Assembly: GCA_049999805.1 (NCBI GenBank)
Contig: JBNGIO010006285.1
Location: 277,248-297,247 of the forward strand
Reading direction: 5' to 3'
Length of the DNA: 20,000 nt
DNA from: Folioceros fuciformis
Lineage: Eukaryota
In this document: piece by piece, positions 18,135 through 20,000 of the stretch
Numbering within the stretch: position 1 is the stretch's first letter
Layout of the letters: each line of letters starts with the position of its first letter
The notes under the pieces: model-generated
What the model saw: the letters and a program-made list of their open reading frames with translations, nothing else
Told to the model about the DNA's origin: nothing
Database searches by the model: none
Made by a program: the position numbers and the translations under genes

Positions 18135-19252
18135 CTGTACTGCTCGACCCCAACGTGAATAGGGGAGCCTTCGGCATCTCTGCACACCAGATTCTTTTGC
18201 AACTCCATCTTGTCCATGCCAAACATCGCAGACAATTTGGCAAACAAGTCGTCGTAGCTGGTGAAAAGTGCAAGATCAACCGTGCGACCCACCTCCTCGC
18301 TTTCCTTGAAAACCTTGCAGTGGGAGTAAGCATCGGATGAGGGATCTTTAGGCGCACTAGCACCACTTTGTTCCTTCATCCAAATCATGCTAGGAAAGTG
18401 GACTCCAGAGTCCACACTCCCACCCGGGAGCTGCTGATAATTGGCGTCCTCCCTTCCACTGCTGTCAGAGTAAAATCGCTGCAACCCTTCCCTAGTGTCA
18501 CCGTGGTACCCATCAGAGCCCCTACTGCTGGAACGGCGCTTCCGGCCCAAATCTTCACTGAAATGCAGATGAGAGTGGTCATCAGACGAGCTGCCACCCG
18601 AATGCTGCTGCTGTTGTTGCTGTTGCTGACGTTGATGTTGGTGCTGAGGCTTGGGCATGGTGGGGGTGACATTCTTGTCCGCTGGGTCAATAGCCTGACC
18701 GAAGAGCAGAAAAGGAGCAGTCTTGGGCACCGAGCTTGCCCCACAGCTAGGAGCCCCGTTGCTGGAGGGGTCACTGTTGTGCGAGACACTCCCCATCCCA
18801 ATCCAACCCGATGCCTTGCTGGTCACCCCCGACCAGTCCTGGTGCGAACTTGTATTCCTATTAGGCAGTGGCAAGCCGGCCACTTGCTCCTGGCGGTAGG
18901 CATTATCTAGGTGCATCCCTGTTCGACCTTTATTAGGACGGAAAGCTGACAATGCGAGCCCACAGATTCTTTCTTGCCTGGCTCCCTGCATGCCTGCAGG
19001 AACATCTTCCACAAGACCATGCCAAGGAGACATCTGCCTGAGCATATCGTTGGCCAGAGCTGCCATGGGCATCGCCATCATAGGAGTTTGACCTTGGACT
19101 TGGAGGGGAAGATCTGAAGGTTGCGAAGCTCGAAGTTTCTTCTTGGACAGGGAGAAGGGAGGGAGTTGCATGGGCAGGGTCGATACTACCTCCACCTGCC
19201 AGGGACTAACTCTGCTCACGCCTTGCAACAGGTCGGGTTCGTCCCAGCTCAC
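18135..19252 (-). CDS. ARF: Class C auxin response factor (ARF10/16/17-like), penultimate exon (end of DBD, middle region, PB1)
   Basis: VSWDEPDLLQGVSRVSPWQVE, PPFS..KKKLR, PAGMQGARQ (miR160 site), FLLFGQ (B3-repression-domain-like), poly-Q, HCKVF.ESEEVGRTVDL. Bounded by an AG acceptor (19253) and a GT donor (18134). Confidence 0.93.
18975..18995 (-). promoter_or_regulatory. miR160 target site in ARF mRNA
   Basis: The plus strand reads TGCCTGGCTCCCTGCATGCCT versus miR160 UGCCUGGCUCCCUGUAUGCCA (19/21; the internal difference gives a G:U pair). It lies in the AGMQGAR-coding segment. Confidence 0.92.
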
Positions 19253-19415
19253 CTGTACCCATCCATCATCATCCCGCCCAATCATCAGGCAACAGTGGCC
19301 AACACTGAGGAAGGTGCACTCACTACCCAGAATAGGGTTAAGCTTGCACACAACAGCAACAGCAACAGGAATCGAAACCGAAACAACCACAAGCTGCACG
19401 AAGCAAGAAACGGAC

Positions 19416-20000
19416 CTGGAGAACCCTCCAAGGAGACTTGGGCCAGAGATGCGGATCCGCTGGCTGCACCGCCTGGATAGTACCCATGAACCAGCTGATC
19501 CTGGACGAGTCTTCCGTCTCGAACGCCATCTTGAAACGCATCCCAGCGTACCAGGCATGATCCAAAGCTGCCTTCACCACATGAGCCTTGACACAGAATT
19601 CCGCAGTGCTGGCCCGGGGATAGTACACCACCTCGAACTGGTGCCCAGCCACAGCCAAAGACGCCGCTTCCATGACTGACTTGGCAGTGACCCGTGCCCG
19701 GTTCCGCGCGAAGCTGCTGCTACTGCTGCTGCTGTTGCTGCTGGAGAGAGCATTCTCTCCGAGAAATTCCGCCATGCCATTGTTGGCGCCGCCGTCGTTG
19801 CCCTTCACCTCCCACCTCGAGGGCCGGTGGGACGGCGGCACAGAAGAGGAAGACGAGGAGTGCCAGGAGGAGGAATCCCCGGGCCCGCTCGTCCCCCGCA
19901 TAGACCTGCGTACACCGACACAGAGCTCCCCGGTGGCGCTCCGCAGGAAGACGATGGCGTCCCCGGCCACCAGCTTCTTCTGGTTCACAAAGTTGCTCCA
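19416..20000 (-). CDS. ARF: Class C auxin response factor, exon with end of B3 domain and Auxin_resp region (gene continues beyond the window)
   Basis: WSNFVNQKKLVAGDAIVFLRS..GELCVGVRR, FEVVYYPRASTAEFCV, GMRFKMAFETEDSSRISWFMGTI, WPKSPWRVLQ, then a GT donor at 19415 (163-nt intron, phase 0). Confidence 0.95.

Noticed and set aside
18602-18646. CAG/CAA and AGC microsatellites (also ~19713-19743)
   Set aside because: They encode ordinary poly-Q and poly-S tracts of the ARF.
18975-18995. MIR160 gene on the plus strand
   Set aside because: The miR160-like plus-strand sequence is simply the complement of the target site in the ARF coding exon; no star arm or hairpin was seen.
18095-19558. 487-aa ORF as a stand-alone protein
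   Set aside because: It is the ARF penultimate exon read through into flanking intron and out-of-frame exon sequence; splice sites give a coherent ARF.

Overview
Eukaryotic land-plant nuclear DNA, most likely a hornwort (Anthoceros-like). This is inferred from a DRH-ending DYW:KP editing factor, LL-type PPR motifs and a WW-type C-terminus. The left third (~0.9-6.3 kb) is a decayed Ty1/Copia element on the minus strand. Its RT region is split by a 5'-truncated L1-type LINE on the plus strand, with a recoverable target-site duplication. Repeat-rich DNA with a 10-N gap follows. The right two thirds carry four minus-strand genes: (1) a 24-motif PLS PPR with five LL motifs and a frameshift-truncated DYW:WW domain; (2) an intronless, AT-rich, group-D-MAPK-derived kinase with a signal-peptide-like N-terminus and no TxY/APE; (3) a PLS PPR with an intact DYW:KP/DRH domain (candidate U-to-C editor), fused to an N-terminal OSB-type PDF ssDNA-binding motif; (4) the 3' three exons of a class C auxin response factor with a miR160 target site. 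The most unusual items are the PDF-PPR-DRH fusion and the possibly secreted, rewired MAPK. All calls were made by eye, without database searches.
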